NCBI RefSeq assembly: GCF_009914755.1
Contig: NC_060939.1
Strand: one strand, 5' to 3'
Source: the human T2T-CHM13v2.0 reference genome, Homo sapiens
Length of the DNA stretch: 64,000 nucleotides
In this document: positions 15,226-29,982 of the stretch, in pieces
How positions within the stretch are numbered: position 1 is the first letter of the stretch
Layout: every line of letters begins with the position of its first letter
Translations under genes and position numbers: made by a program
Notes under the pieces: model-generated
Database searches by the model: none
Told to the model about the DNA's origin: nothing
What the model saw: the letters and a program-made list of their open reading frames with translations, nothing else

Positions 15226-16999
15226 CTTACAGAAGTGAAAATATAGCATTCCTGGGCAAATTATCTATGTATAGAACATCCTGAACACACTCCAGGCTTG
15301 GCTATTCTCATAGGAAATCGTTTAGGAAACTGAAAGTAAACATTCCAACATGACATGACATTTTGTTTGGTTTATCCAATTTATTTATACTAACATGGAA
15401 TAAAAATTATGAATTGGTCAGGACATAGTATTTCCTGATATTAGCTTCTTCAGACACCAAAATATGCAGGGGGAAACCCTGTTAAAGTATGTCAATCCTC
15501 CATACTTTCTCCAGAAATTCTTCCACGATCTTCCACATGAAGGCACGACATCAGCTGCAGAGCATGGATGCTGAATTTAACTGGCAAATACAGCAGGGAC
15601 CATGGGAGCTTCCTCATGACACAGCCCCAAAGGGGTCCCAAAAGTGCTCCACAAACAGAAGGACAAGGAGGGCGTTTAATCCTTTTGTTGGCAATAATAC
15701 AAGTTAGGGGATAGGGCCGGGGTAGGGGAACCACATTACAGGTGCTGATGAGGCAGAAATAAATTTCTCAGGTGAAAGAGGAATCTCTGTAGAGGCAGAG
15801 TGATTGTGTAACTCAGCAGTGAGGCCCCACTGAGGTACATGAGGGACTAGAATTTAAATCTAGACTTGCCTGAGGGTAAAGCCCATCACATCTCCCAAGT
15901 TCTGAGAGCAAGGACTTGGACTGCTGAGAGTGCTGGGTTTGGTGATATTTCTGTGGGAAAATATCACTGTCAGACTTAGAGGAGCCAGTGATGGGGAGAA
16001 GACCTGGGGAGACTCCCTTTCCCAGATAAAGCTTTGGATGCCGCCTACAGCCTGACTGCGGAAACGGGGAGATGTGAAGGAAGTTAAATGGCACGGGTTT
16101 CTAGGAAACTGAGATAGTATCAACCTCTGCTAGGAAAAGCTTAAGAGAGAGGAGTGAAGAGTAAAGAGGACTTAGGTGGGATGAGAAGAGGGTATGGGCC
16201 ACTGGGAGCACAGGAGGAACACATGGCCTGTTGAGGGCCAGTGAGTGGCCAGGCTGAGGAAGTCACAGAAGATTCTTGAGCAAAAGAGTGGCACAACTAG
16301 AAGACAAACCCTCACGGAGTAGCTTAACCTGTGGCAGAGTGACCTTCACTTACATTTTACCTTAAAAGGCATTTCATCCCTCAAATATCATGTTCCACAG
16401 TGCCCATGGCCATGTGCTGTGGGAACACCTGGGATGGCCTGAGCACAGCCCCATTCTTGGCTCCGGGACTGTCCCTGGGCCCGGCCCTTGTTGGCCAACA
16501 CCTGCTAGAACCCACAGTGAGAGGTTTGCAACCAAATGGTGAGAACAGCATGAGGCTGCCATGTTTGGCTGGGCAGGTGGTGCCACACACAAGGGTGCCT
16601 GGCAGGAGCATGGGGAGGGCTGAAATCCAGCCTATGGTCCTCTCCAACATGGGCGGTATCTACCTGAGGAAGGGGCAGCTTTTTCTATTATGATAAGGGC
16701 ATTGGATGGGCTGGCAGTGGCCCTAGAATGAAAAGAGCCAGTTTGCTAAAATCTTCGAGGGCAGCTTAGGAGAGTGAGGTGCATCTTTTGATCAACACTG
16801 ATCTGGGTGACTTGGGCAAGGGCAGTGAGGCATAGCATCAGTGACACTGAGCATTGGCTGACTCAGCAAGACACTATGGTGGGAAGCCAGGCAGTACAGG
16901 GGAACTGATGCATGGCCCACAGGAGTCAGAACAGTCAGCTGGCCTGTGGCCAAACATGCATCCCCCTCTCTGCTCATCACTCCTCACCACAGGCAAGAG

Positions 17000-17660
17000 G
17001 GTCTCTGCTTTCACAGGTTCGGTCTAGTTGCAAGATAGATGTTAAATATCCACATGAATATATACTTACAAATATTTGATGACATCAAATGGATTCTCTA
17101 AGGAAGAATAATGGGGAGTATCTAATGAAGCCTGGGGAGAGGAATCAGAGAAGCTGGTAAGAAATGAAGAATGGGTTAGCATTGGCCTGGAGATGAATGA
17201 GGAAGGGCCTTCCAGGAGGAGGAAACAGAAGCTGGCACTGCCCGGAAGTGGGAATTAGAAAAGGCCAGTGTGGCAGGAACATGGATCAGGGAGAGGAGGC
17301 AAAAATGAGCCTGGAAATGTCAGTGGAGTCCAGGTCGTGGACGGTACTGTGGGCCATGTCAGGATTCTGGTTTATCCTGAGGGCATCGGGGAGCCAGTGG
17401 ACTGGCTTTTACAAGTGAGTGTTCAGTGGTCAGATCTGCTTTTTGGAAACATCACCATGGCTTCCTTATTCTGAGTGGATTAGAAGAGGGCAAGCATGGA
17501 AAAAGCAGCTGAGAGATAGGAACTTGTTAGAGCGGTCCAGGCAAGAGATGATGAGTGGCAGGACTAAAGATGGAAAACAATGGATGCATTCAAGATCTAT
17601 TTTGGAGGAAAAAATGGCTGAGGAACTAGATGGAGTGGGGCATGAGGGGGCAAACCTACC
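17000..17660 (-). mobile_element. L2 fragment
   Basis: L2 antisense motifs gggccatgtcaggattctggtttatcctgagggcatcggggagccagtgga and tcagatctgctttttggaaacatcacc. Confidence 0.75.
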
Positions 17661-18004
17661 CCATTATTCTGACCTGAGCACTCCCCTTGTCTTCTAGAGA
17701 TGTGAGGGGGGAATGGGGAGGGAGTCTGAGGCCCCTGGAAGGCCCCTCTCTCTCCCTGGGGTTGGGTGACTGAGAAACATCCTGAAACTCCAATTTGTCC
17801 TGGTGATTGTGGCCCTACTTTGGCCTGAGAAACATAGGTATATCGGCATAAAAGCCCGTGTTCCCTAGCTGACAGAAGGCGGGGGTGGAGGGGGGATTAA
17901 GGATGAGAAAAGAGCTGTGGGGGAGGAGGTCTACAGACGGTAAGGGAAATAAAGTTTTTCATTTCCAAGATTTGCCATGATAGGTTAGAGTTGAAAAAAA
18001 TACA

Positions 18005-18297
18005 TAGTCAGCCCTCCATATCCATAGATCAAAAATTATATGGGAAAAAACAATAAAAATAACAATACAACAATAAAAACAATACAAATAAAAAATACAG
18101 TGTAACAACTACTACCATAGCATTTACATTGTATTAGGTATTATAAGCAATCTAGAGATGATATAAAGTATTCAGGAGGCTTTGTCTAGGTTATATACAA
18201 ATGTGACACCATTTTGTACAAGGGCTTGAGCATCCTTGGAGTTTGATATCCTTGGGGGCTCTGGAACCAATCCCCCACAGATACTGAGGAACAACTA
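18005..18297. mobile_element. MER2 (TcMar-Tigger MITE)
   Basis: TIR-like ends tagtcagccctccatatcc / gatactgaggaacaacta; internal catttacattgtattaggtattataagcaatctagagatgat. Confidence 0.85.
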
Positions 18298-18392
18298 TAT
18301 ATATATGTGTGTGAGTGTGTATATATGTATGTATGTATGGTTTTCTAGGAAATTGAGATGGCGTTAACCTCTGATAAGAAAAGCTTAACAGA

Positions 18393-18692
18393 GGCCGGGC
18401 GCAGTGGCTCACGCCTGTAATCCCAGCACTTTGGGAGGCTGAGGCGGGCGGATCACGGGGTCAGGAGTTCAAGATCAGCCTAGCCAAATGGTGAAACCCC
18501 AACTCTACTAAAAATACAAAAAAATTAGCTGGGCATGGTGGCGGGGGCCTGTAATCCCAGCTACTCGGGGGGCTGAGGCAGAAAATTGCTTGAACCCAGG
18601 AGGCGGAGGTTGCAGTGAGCTGAGATTGCACCACTGCACTCCAGCTTGGGTGACAGAGCAAGACTCTGTCTCAAAAAAAAAAAAAAAAAAAA
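18393..18692 (+). mobile_element. AluS (Sg/Sc-like)
   Basis: Full Alu with an A20 tail; TSD aaagcttaacaga / aaacttaacgga. Confidence 0.94.
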
Positions 18693-18752
18693 CTTAACGG
18701 AGAGGAGTGAAAAGTAAACAGGACTTAGGTGCGCTGAGAAGAGGGTGTGGGC

Positions 18753-18870
18753 ATACATGCACACATACATATATACATATATATGCACACACATATATAT
18801 AATTGTTCCTATCTGTGGGCGATTGTATATATATATATGTATTAATATGTACACACACACACATATATAA
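18753..18870. repeat. Degenerate (TA/CA)n microsatellite (a similar tract lies at 18296-18338)
   Basis: atacatgcacacatacatatatacatatatatgcacacacatatatat... Confidence 0.85.
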
Positions 18871-19400
18871 AAACATAAAGCAATGGTATGTTAGGCTTTG
18901 CAGGGAATGCATTCCCAAGGGTTTAATTCCCAATGAATATAAGGTCTGGGTCTTGCTCTATTTTCATAAGCCACGTAAATCACGCTTGTACGAATCAATA
19001 CTAAACAACTGAGCTGTAACTTCTGCACCGTATAGTTTTCCTTAGACATGCAAACTCCATTCATTACCCAAACTGAGGAGAGAGGGATTAGACACACTAA
19101 CTGCCACACTATTCCAGCCAGATCTGCAGGACTTCAATAAGCAGGGCCTGTCCACTATTTCTTTAGGATCTTTTGTAGGTGGGCATGACAATCTATATTC
19201 TCATAAAGTCTCCCAGCTTCTAAGAGCAAGTATCTCTGGAAGCTGCCCCAAAGGAGCCCTAGCCTTATTTATGTGTCCCTCTAGAGACTGGCACATGCTT
19301 TGCACACAGTAGATGCTTAATGGATGCTTGCAGAGTAAAGGAGTTGCCCTTTGGATATCAACTGTGAATAACTAGACAATTGTGATCCAAACTCACTTAC

Positions 19401-19528
19401 CTCTTTTTGTCCAGTCATTTGTAGAAAATGGCAAAATTCATCTTGAATTGAAAGAAATTTGGTTCTTCCCATCCCTTCAGAATCCTTAAGATGAGCCATG
19501 CTCTCTTGAAAATACTGCTCAGCTACAT
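19401..19528 (-). CDS. TTC23: TTC23 internal coding exon (128 bp, phase 1->0): (D)VAEQYFQESMAHLKDSEGMGRTKFLSIQDEFCHFLQMTGQKE
   Basis: Acceptor ttttcttcag|AT GTA GCT, donor AAA GAG|gtaagt. Lies within ORF 19317..19640. Confidence 0.96.
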
Positions 19529-20304
19529 CTGAAGAAAAGCATTTATCATAACTTTGAAAACTGCTCACAGATTTGAAATGGAAACAGAATAAATATACTG
19601 TTAGCAGTGTTGAGCTATTTGGAAAGAGGTATTGGGACAAGAAAAAACAGTTAAGACTGTCCTTTGCCCATTAATCTGCCTGTTTCATTAGAAAGGATTT
19701 AGGTCTTGAAGGATACCGTAATTTACTTTCTTTAATTTTCATACATCTAGCTTTCCCGGTGATACATAAAGAAAAGTTACTGCAAAAGAAGAAACTATGC
19801 CCCACATCTGAACACACTGGTAAGTTTTCAGGTTGATCAACCACTAATTCTTCCTATAACTTTAGTTATAGGGTAACTATGACTTTACTGAGGGTAGGAC
19901 TCTGAAAGTTCACTTATTTTGATGGATTTGGAGTATAATCTTGGTACATATTTCTAAAACATGAAAAATCTGGAAAATATTGCTGACATGCCGCTGAGGG
20001 AAGAAATCATTCAAAACCCCAATCATTCCAAATACTTCAACATACTGGTTATAATATAACACAAATATTTTTAAATGCATGCCAATCTTGAATGCAAGAA
20101 AAAGAAAACCTCAGGTATGGAAAATGACGAGAGAACTAAAAGCCAGAGAAGTGAGCGGGAGCTGAGGTTGAATGGCCCATAAGCATATTAGAAAAAAGGT
20201 CCATCTACTAGTACTGGGGTTTTCTAAGCCTGAGCAGGACTAGGGATGAAGCCTGAGGCTCATTTGTGGTGGAAAGCTGAATAGGACTCCCTGCAAAAAG
20301 CTGG

Positions 20305-21249
<945 letters not shown>

Positions 21250-21254
21250 GCCAG

Positions 21255-21613
21255 TGCTATAGTCTGAATATTTATGTCCCCCTCAAATTCATGTGTTGAA
21301 ATCTAACCCCCATGGTGATGATAGTCAGAGGCAGGGCCTTTCAGAGGTAATTAAGTCATGAGGATGGCACCCTCATGAATGGGATTAGTGTCCTTATAAA
21401 ATACACCATCAGAGAGTTTCCTCACTCCTTCCACCCTGTGAGGACACAGTGAAAAGATAGCTGTCTATGAACCAGGAAGCAGGTCAGGCACCAAATCTAC
21501 CAGAGCCTTGATCTGGGACTTTCCAGACTTCAGAACTGTGAGAAATACACTTCTGTGGTTTATAAGCCACTTAGTCTATGGTGTTTTGTTACAGCTTCCC
21601 AAACACTAAGACA
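21255..21613 (+). mobile_element. MLT1A0-like MaLR solo LTR
   Basis: tgctatagtctgaatatttatgtccccctcaaattc...cactaagaca; perfect TSD gccag. Confidence 0.88.
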
Positions 21614-21826
21614 GCCAGGAATCTCTAAAATGAAGATAAGAACAATTGCACTGGTTCCAGGTGTGGAATTAAGGGTGTCTATCCAGAGGTTCTGACTAGA
21701 AAAAGAATACCTGAAATAAGCATATATGTAGTCTGAATGTGTACCACCTACTTGGTCTGGAAATCCTGAACCAAGAAACCAGCACAGAAACTAGTCTGAA
21801 ACTGGAAAAATCACAGGGCTCTAGCA

Positions 21827-22048
21827 CAGGGGTTGGCAAACTTATTCTGTAAAGGACAGGATGGTAAATATTTTAGGCTTTGCAGGCTGTATGATCTCCA
21901 TTGTTGCTATTCAACTCTGCTGTTGTAGCATGAAAGCAGCCGTAGACAATACATAAATGAATGAGCATAACCATGTTCCAATAAAACTTTATTTACAAAA
22001 ACAGGTGGTGAGCAAATTTGGCCCATGTGCATAAGTTTGCTGCCCCTA
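21827..22048 (+). mobile_element. MER58A hAT MITE
   Basis: caggggttggcaaac...ccaataaaactttatttacaaaaacagg...gtttgctgccccta. Confidence 0.88.
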
Positions 22049-22534
22049 CCCTACAAGAGGAAAATGCGAAGGCTTCCTCCCCAAAGAGACATGGGACTCC
22101 CACAGAAGCACCTGTTGAAGATAGCTTCAGGGTGACACATGACAAGCACATAAAGTCTGTTGGGGAAGATCATGACCCGTATATACAGTGGTCTACTTGA
22201 CATTTCCACTTGGAAATATCATATTTATTATGGAGCACTGTACAAACCATTATCTTTTGCTTTTAGAAATTTCCTCAATATTTGGTTATTCCCTTCTATC
22301 ATTTCTAGTTTTGCATTTGTACTTCCTCTCTGTTTTCTTGATTAGGCCAGCTAGTGTTTTATCTGTTTCATTATCTTTTCCAATGAATTGATTTGGATTT
22401 ATTTTTCTCATTCTGTGACGGTAATGCCAGGTGCTTCCCAAGTGGCCTCCATGATCTTCAGGTACAGCTCTCTAGAACACACGAGGATCAAAAATCCAAT
22501 CAGCCCCTGTAAAGTGTGCTGCTTCTTGGAGGCA

Positions 22535-22757
22535 GCAGGGTAAATGGGAAAGAGAGCAGGCTCTGGGCTTGCATTATCTAGGCCCAGATTCTGGCTCTGC
22601 CCCTTACAGCTGTGTGCCTTGCTGTGTTCCCCATCTGGAAAAGGGGACCATTATATTAATAACTCCCTTATAAGGAGGTATAAGGAGTAAACAGATTAAT
22701 GCATATGAATAAATGATAACAGGACTGACATACAGTTGGTGCTCAATAAATGTTGAT
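22535..22757 (+). mobile_element. MIR
   Basis: ctggctctgccccttacagctgtgtgcctt...ttccccatctggaaaagggg...gtgctcaataaatgtt. Confidence 0.7.
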
Positions 22758-22844
22758 GATTTTAATTTTAGGGACAGTTTTGATAATTGTGGCTATGGGT
22801 CCCCATACTAGGCTGAAATAGCAGGCACACTGGAAGCAACAAGT

Positions 22845-22894
22845 GACAGAAATGGACATTGAGAGGACAGAAATGGACATTGAGAGGACAGAAA
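22845..22894. repeat. 21-bp perfect tandem duplication (2.4 copies)
   Basis: gacagaaatggacattgagag x2 followed by gacagaaa. Confidence 0.95.
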
Positions 22895-25800
22895 CATGAA
22901 AACACACAGAGCAATCAAAAGACACAGAAGTCTAGCATCCTTTGCAGATAAACAGCCCTGTACACCTCAAGAGCTCTGAGAACATGCCTGAAATTCACAA
23001 TGAGAATCCTGGGTCTTAAGAAATGATCTAATTACATTCCATAGGATCTGTGTTAGAAAGGAGAGACGTAAACACTTTGGAAATATGTCTACCAAATCTA
23101 GTCAACCTAAAGAAAGCTTAGGTCTGAAACAAGTTATGTTCATCTGCATGATTTACTCCATGTAGATTCCAGGCAGTTGCCAGACAGGAGCAGGAATTGC
23201 ACTCAGTGCCAGCTGGCCCTGGGGTCTGCAGTGAGGCAGAAATCAATTGAACTGGATTCTTGTAACCCTCTCTTTCAATGGGGCCTGTCCCCAGCCAGAC
23301 CAGCAGATGCATTTCTGGAGCACTCCTCAGAAGGTTTTGTCTTGGTGGGAGAAAATCTACCACATGGAAAATGTTACCTCTCTTCCTCATAGCTGACCCA
23401 TGCGAGAAAACGTTGCAGATTTAATGTGCAAACTGAGTATTAACTTTGGCTACTTTGATAATCTAATGTCAGCAAATGTTGAGGATGAAGTGGCATTAAT
23501 TTTATTGATTATAAAAGCATTACAGAGATGAACATTCATGTCTAAAATGAATGAAGATAGTCAGGAGTGGAGTACTCTTTCGTTATTTTAATTTTCTGGC
23601 TGATTGGGAGTCAACTGAAGAACGTAGCTGAGCAATTCTTTTTAAAAGTAAAGGTCTTTCCGCATCTCAGCCTTGTCCCTAACGATGGGCCCTTATTGTG
23701 CTTGCGGTGAAGACCTGCAGATGTATAAGGCATGGGGCAATTCGTGCACTGAGTTTCAGACTCCGGGCTTTGGCTGAAGCAGCACTGCCATGCTCAGGGA
23801 AAGGCAGAGGCCAAAAGGGCTAGGGGGCATTTCCCTGCCCTCTCCTGGGGTAGGAGCCGATCTCCCTGGCACGGGTGGACACAGCCGCACCTCACATCTT
23901 TCTAGTCCTCTTCTTTGTAATGTTCTCCCACCTCCCAGGATTCCTTCCCCTAACTGCCCCGAAAAGCACCCTGTTTGGGCTGGTCCTCTCAACCCGAGAA
24001 TGGCATGCTCCTTTCCCTCAGTGCAGCTCAGCTCACAGAGAAGCTTTGAGGGAGGATGCTGCAGGGTTCAGTTCCAACTAATGTGCAGATGGCTCCTAAC
24101 CTCAGACTTACGGACGCCCAGTCATATTTTCCAAAGAGGATGCTTGTCAGTGTACGTGGACCTCCGGAAGAGGGAACGGGTGTGAGGGAGGAAGGAAGGG
24201 AGGAGAGTGCGGAAGGAGTGTATTCCTTACATGAAGGCAACGCGGCTATCAAAGTGACAGAAGGCCAGGCGTTGTGGTGGGCAGACGGAGATGGGCCCTG
24301 CCTGGGAATCTGCCTTCTGGGGGCAGCCTCCTCAAGTCGCTGCTCTCTTTCTTCCTTTAAGTCCCTGGCTTCTCTAAGGTTTTGTGCTTTTCCCATTTTT
24401 GTTCCTGGTAGGTCTCTAGTCACAGGGGGATAAGGCCAGATAGAGGGTTCCCAGACGGATGTTGTCACATGTAAGCCAGCCACACATCAGGCATCTGTGA
24501 ACTCAGGTTAGGACCCCTGTATATTAGAATGGCCTAGAGCTTAGGAACAGAGGAAGGTCTAGTGTGTCCACGTGTGCACCTTCCCTGTCTATAGATTTCA
24601 AACCACTTTTATCTTTATCTAGGATACAAGAAAGCTCCTTTATTGCAAGATCCTGACTTATTTCCCCCAACCCCCTCACCTCCAAATTAACTTTGAGAAC
24701 TAAATCCACATGAGCAGCCTTTGACGGGAGGGCAAATTGAGTCCTATTACTACAGCAAAGGGGTCACTTCCTGAGAAGCAGTTTATTCTCCTGGCAATGT
24801 CCCAGTCTATCTCCACCTGGGACAAGTGACAACAGGATTTCCAGAAGGACAGGAAGTCATAGCCCCTTCAAGTGGCTGCTGCCTCCCGGCCTGAACCTTG
24901 TGCCCTGAAACAGGGTGTAGGTTCACAAAGAGCCAGCAGTTTCAGCACTCTCACACAAGGCCACCCCTACCTTTGAAAACCACTTCTAGAATCCTCTGCA
25001 ATCTGATGCCGAAGGCCTGGGCAGAAGCTGAGGTCATTTTCTAAAACACAGGAGCATGACTTAGCTTGTAAATCTGAGCCCTAATGGCACAGGTGTTCCA
25101 AGGCCACGAATCTTCTATTTTCACTCTAACAGAATGTTTAGGTTGTCTGTGAGTTAGAGCAGGGAGAAGGTGTGGCTCGGTGAGCAGGGTGGTTTGATGT
25201 CTCTCCAGACGGCTCTGTTTGAGGACTTGGAGCCATGTCATTCCAAAAGACCCTGAAAGATTCTGTGTAGAGATGTACGTATACAGGCAAAAGAAAACAA
25301 GGCTTCATCCCAAGAGCAAGAGGAATGCAGGACTGCAATGTGGCCCACTGGAGGGGAGGTCAGGAGGCTTTTAATTAAAATAAATTCCAGTAACCCTGCG
25401 TTCATTTTCCTGTGGCTGTCCTAAGGCAGGAGTTGGAACAGTAAGGACAGCTTTCATTAAGAGGGAGGCCTCTCTACAATGTGACGATTGTCTTTTGTAG
25501 CAGTCTTAGGAAATAGTCCCTACTCTGTACCAACCGCAAAGGACCCCAGGGAGTTTAAAAATGGAAAGTCCCAAATCATAGCCTGGCGCTAACCTGGAGG
25601 AGCTCCCTCACCCAGGAAACACATTGAAGCTACTTAGACCCTGCTGGGGGCTGCTGTTCGAGTCTGCTAGCTTGTGGAGGCCACACGGGAAGCCTGAGAA
25701 CACATAAAGCCCGGAAGAGACTCCTTCCTCACCCCAGAGCCTTCAGTGGTCCTCACAGGAGACCCTCTTCATCAGGAACACTTTCACAGTGCCATAGACA

Positions 25801-28800
25801 GGGGCCTGTGACATGGCTTCAGGGAGTGGCAGGGCTGCTACTCACTAGCTGTGTGATACAAGGAAGTCCGTGGCCATCTCTAGGGACAGGTGTGCATCCA
25901 TAAAGTGAAGTGATCCAATGGCAGCAGACAAGGTGAGGCTCGCAAGGTATAAATATGCAGAGTGCCCACACAGGGCCTGGTCGCCATTGGGATCTGCCTG
26001 CCTTAAGTGTCCTCACCACCAGGAAAGTGACCAGCCCCCCTCCATGACCACAACTTGGGGCCACCATGTAGTGAAGGCTTCCAGCAACCTCAAGTTCCTG
26101 TTACTTGTCTTGGTGATGTAGATGCGTTTTCCATAAGCTGCCTTAAAAATCCTTTTTGAAGCCAAGTCGGGGTGTAAGTTACATAGGCTTCTCTAAGAAG
26201 TTCTGAACGCAAATTACAAACCAGCTCAGAAGTGAAAAACCCGAACCTCATGAACGTGGTCATCATGCTGCTCATGCACTTCAGCCTCCCCAGGAAAGAA
26301 ATGAAGACAGGCTTTGCTCTCAGACACAATGAAGGGACAGCAGTTGGTGAGCAAGCTTGATGAGGTTTCAGCTCTGCCCCAGCTAGAGGGGTCAACGCAC
26401 AAACTTGGGTGGGGAACAGGCCTCCTCTCCTCCTCCTCCACTGGCCCCAAGGGCTGCCAACCCCTGCAGCCCCTACCTGCCTCTCCTTTAGGGCTGCTCA
26501 GAGCCCTGCACCCTCAGCAGCGTGGGGTGGGGATGGGACAACTCCCTCTCTGGGTCTGGAGTGTGGTAAGTGGGTAGCACCTGGGTTCCATTCTAGGCCT
26601 TGCTTGGCCTCTAACTTGCTGAGTGACCCTGGACCCTAATCCCCTAGATGTGACTACTCTAGGGTGACTTCCAGAAGTTTCTGAGAAGGGATCCTCCTAA
26701 TGCTGGTGAAAACAGAGTATGGGGCATCTCTTTCCTTCTCTGGGCCTCAGCCTCACTCCACTGCACCCTCACTTCCCCTTTCTCCCTCACTCCCTGTGGG
26801 GCACAGAGCAGGGATGGATGTCACATGTGCTGCTTGGGGAGCTCAAAGGCAAGGCCAAACTCAGGCTGGTTGGGCATTTTGTAAAAACAAATGGGCCCTG
26901 AGAAGGGACAGAGGAAGGCTCTCTCAGAGCGCACAGGGGCCCAGGGCAGTGGGAAGTCTGAAGGGAGACAGGCAGCTGGGGCGTGGCCAGCCATGGCTTA
27001 CTCTCACTTGACTGTACCACCAGGCCCCACTTGGAAGCTGAGGTTGGAGGCATCATGAGAGAGGTAGCAGGGACAGCTAAGAAGGGCATGGGAAGGTAAA
27101 GGACACCTCACTGTGGCTATTCCCAGGTGTCCATGTCACCTGTCAGGGGCCCACAAGACCTAGGGCCTGTGTACACCAGGGGTGCCTGATTTCTGGTCTC
27201 TCTGGAACACACGGGGCCCAAGGAGCATCAGTAACCCAGTGAGCAGGGAGTGGGGAGGGCCCAGCACTGGGCAAGCTGAAAAGGCAGGCCACAGGGGGAA
27301 GAGTTGAGAAAAGGGAGGGTCGTGTAAGGTAAAAAAGAGGAGACCTGGGTGAGATGCAGTGACTAGCTTCCGATACTGACATTTTTCCAGTCTACTGTGT
27401 AAAATGTGGCTAGAGGCTAGGACCAGTGGGGGCGGGGGAGATATACATATTCGTGCATAGGAAATTTTATCTTAGGAATCCACTTAGTCAGCCCCTGCTC
27501 CCTAAACTCTAACCAGACAGAGCCCATTCCATCTGCTGTCACTGAACGCTGCAGAACTCCCCGGCCTGCAAGAGCCCAGGCCGCAGATGGGGCTACTTCC
27601 AAACAAGGCCGCCTGCACTCAGCAGGCTCTGCCCTCTCAAAGGCTGAAATGTTCTTGGCTTTGAACCATTTCATTTTAATATTCTTTAGGAGATGAGTTA
27701 TAAACACAAAGCCAATGCCCTGAACACTTAGCAGGGCTGGGAAAGCTGTGAATACCAAGTTTGTCTATGCTCCTCTGGGAAGCTGGCCAGGCTCAGGTTA
27801 GTGACATTCCAGGAGCCTGAATTGGGAATCTTTGTGCAATCACAAGCCTTCGTGACTTCTTGGGCAGTTTTGTCTGCATAAGGAATACAGGGAAGGCACA
27901 GAGCAAAGGGATCAGCTTGTGCGTCGAGACTGAAACACTTGCTTCTTGGCCAGTGGCGTTTTGTTAGAGGGCAATGCCTTCAATGGGCATTTCGCACGCA
28001 AGCAGGCAGGCTACAGAGAATCCTCAAGGGAGAAATTTTTCTCATTAATAATTATTTTCTTCAAAAATCAAAACCAAAACCAACTCCCCAAAAGTCTTTG
28101 TACCCCGTACAAACAGGTTTAAGCACAGGAGAGCAGAGCTAAGATTCCCCCTTGGTGCTGGGTGGAATGTGCAGATTTGCTCCTGGGATCCAGCCAGGAC
28201 TTCTGAATTAGAAGTGACCAACGTCCAGGTCAGAAAGTCCTATGCTGTTGAGAGCTGTGAGGGATTTGGTTGCCCCTTAGTTGTTACACAAAGATACGTT
28301 GCAAATTGCCCTCTCTTATTTCTCCCTGGTGGAGGCAGCAGAGGCCTGGAGAAACCTAGGCCGCAGTAGATTTCTTTCATTCCTGCTGTGGGGGCATTGG
28401 CCACGTGAGGGGACAGCAGAGAGGTGACATAAAAGACACTGGGAATGTACCCACCTGTGCTCCTGCTGCAGCCCCTGGCTGGGTGGTGCCTGTTGCATTT
28501 CTGCTTCTAGAGGGAAGCTGATTCCCCACACGTGCAACACGTGCTGGCCTGGGGAGCTCTTTTCCAGCCTTTCCCACATCTGCCACTGTGGGCACAAGGA
28601 TTTCAATGGCAGCAGTTTTTAAACTATGTTCATGGGGTAGGAATAGTTTGAGGGTTCTTCTTGCTTTTATTGTTCCTGATGTGCCCATTTAGGTGATTCG
28701 TTTGAGGCCTTAGGGGCAAAGGTTTGTGCTCCTTTTTGCACCTGTTCCAGGACTTCACGGTGCTGCAGGACACTCAGCATTTGTTTCCAGCCACTGCTTC

Positions 28801-29217
28801 TCTGCTCTGGCTCTTCGCTTAGCATTGACTCACCTTTAAGGCCTCAGTAAGCTTTCTTCCTAATAGCATCAGGATGATAAACAGTTCAAGTGTCTTCTGG
28901 TTGATAGGTGCTGAATCTGACAAGGGCCTGCCTAGGAGCACCATACAGACTGATGGGGACTTGGTCCTTTTGGGGTAGAACAACGAGTAGAGACAGTAGG
29001 TCCTTCAGATTCATGGTACTTTCTGGTATGAAGAGGTGGCAGTATGAACTCATCTGTAAAATGGGAGGTCCTGTCCTGCCTCCGAGGGTTGTTAAAAGGA
29101 TTCAATGAGCATGTCTGTGGAAGTACCAGCACCTGTATACAAGAGGTGCCCAAGTGCTGCTGCTATGGTTGTTACTGTCACTATTATGATTCTTGCTTGC
29201 TCCTGAGTCTCTCCGTC

Positions 29218-29527
29218 TTTTTTTTTTTTTTTTTTTTTTGAGACTGAGTCTCGCTCTGTCGCCAGGCTGTAGTGCAGTGGTACAATCTCGGCTCACGGCA
29301 ACCTCTGCCTCCAGGGTTCAAGTGATTCTCATGCCTCAGCCTCCCGAGTAGCTGGGACTACAGGTGCGCAACACAACACCCAGCTAATTTTTTGTATTTT
29401 TAGTAGAGATGGGGTTTCACCATGTTGGCCAGGATGGTTTGATGGTCTCTATCTCTTGACCTCGTGATCCACCCACCTCGGCCTCCCAAAGTGCTGGGAT
29501 TACAGGTGTGAGCCACTGGGCCCGGCC
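29218..29527 (-). mobile_element. AluSc-like
   Basis: Sc diagnostics ctgtcgccaggc and tctcttgacctcgtgatcc. Confidence 0.92.
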
Positions 29528-29577
29528 TCTCAGTCGTCTTTTGCTTCTGCTTCAAGCAACCAATCCTCCAGGCCTAA

Positions 29578-29982
<405 letters not shown>

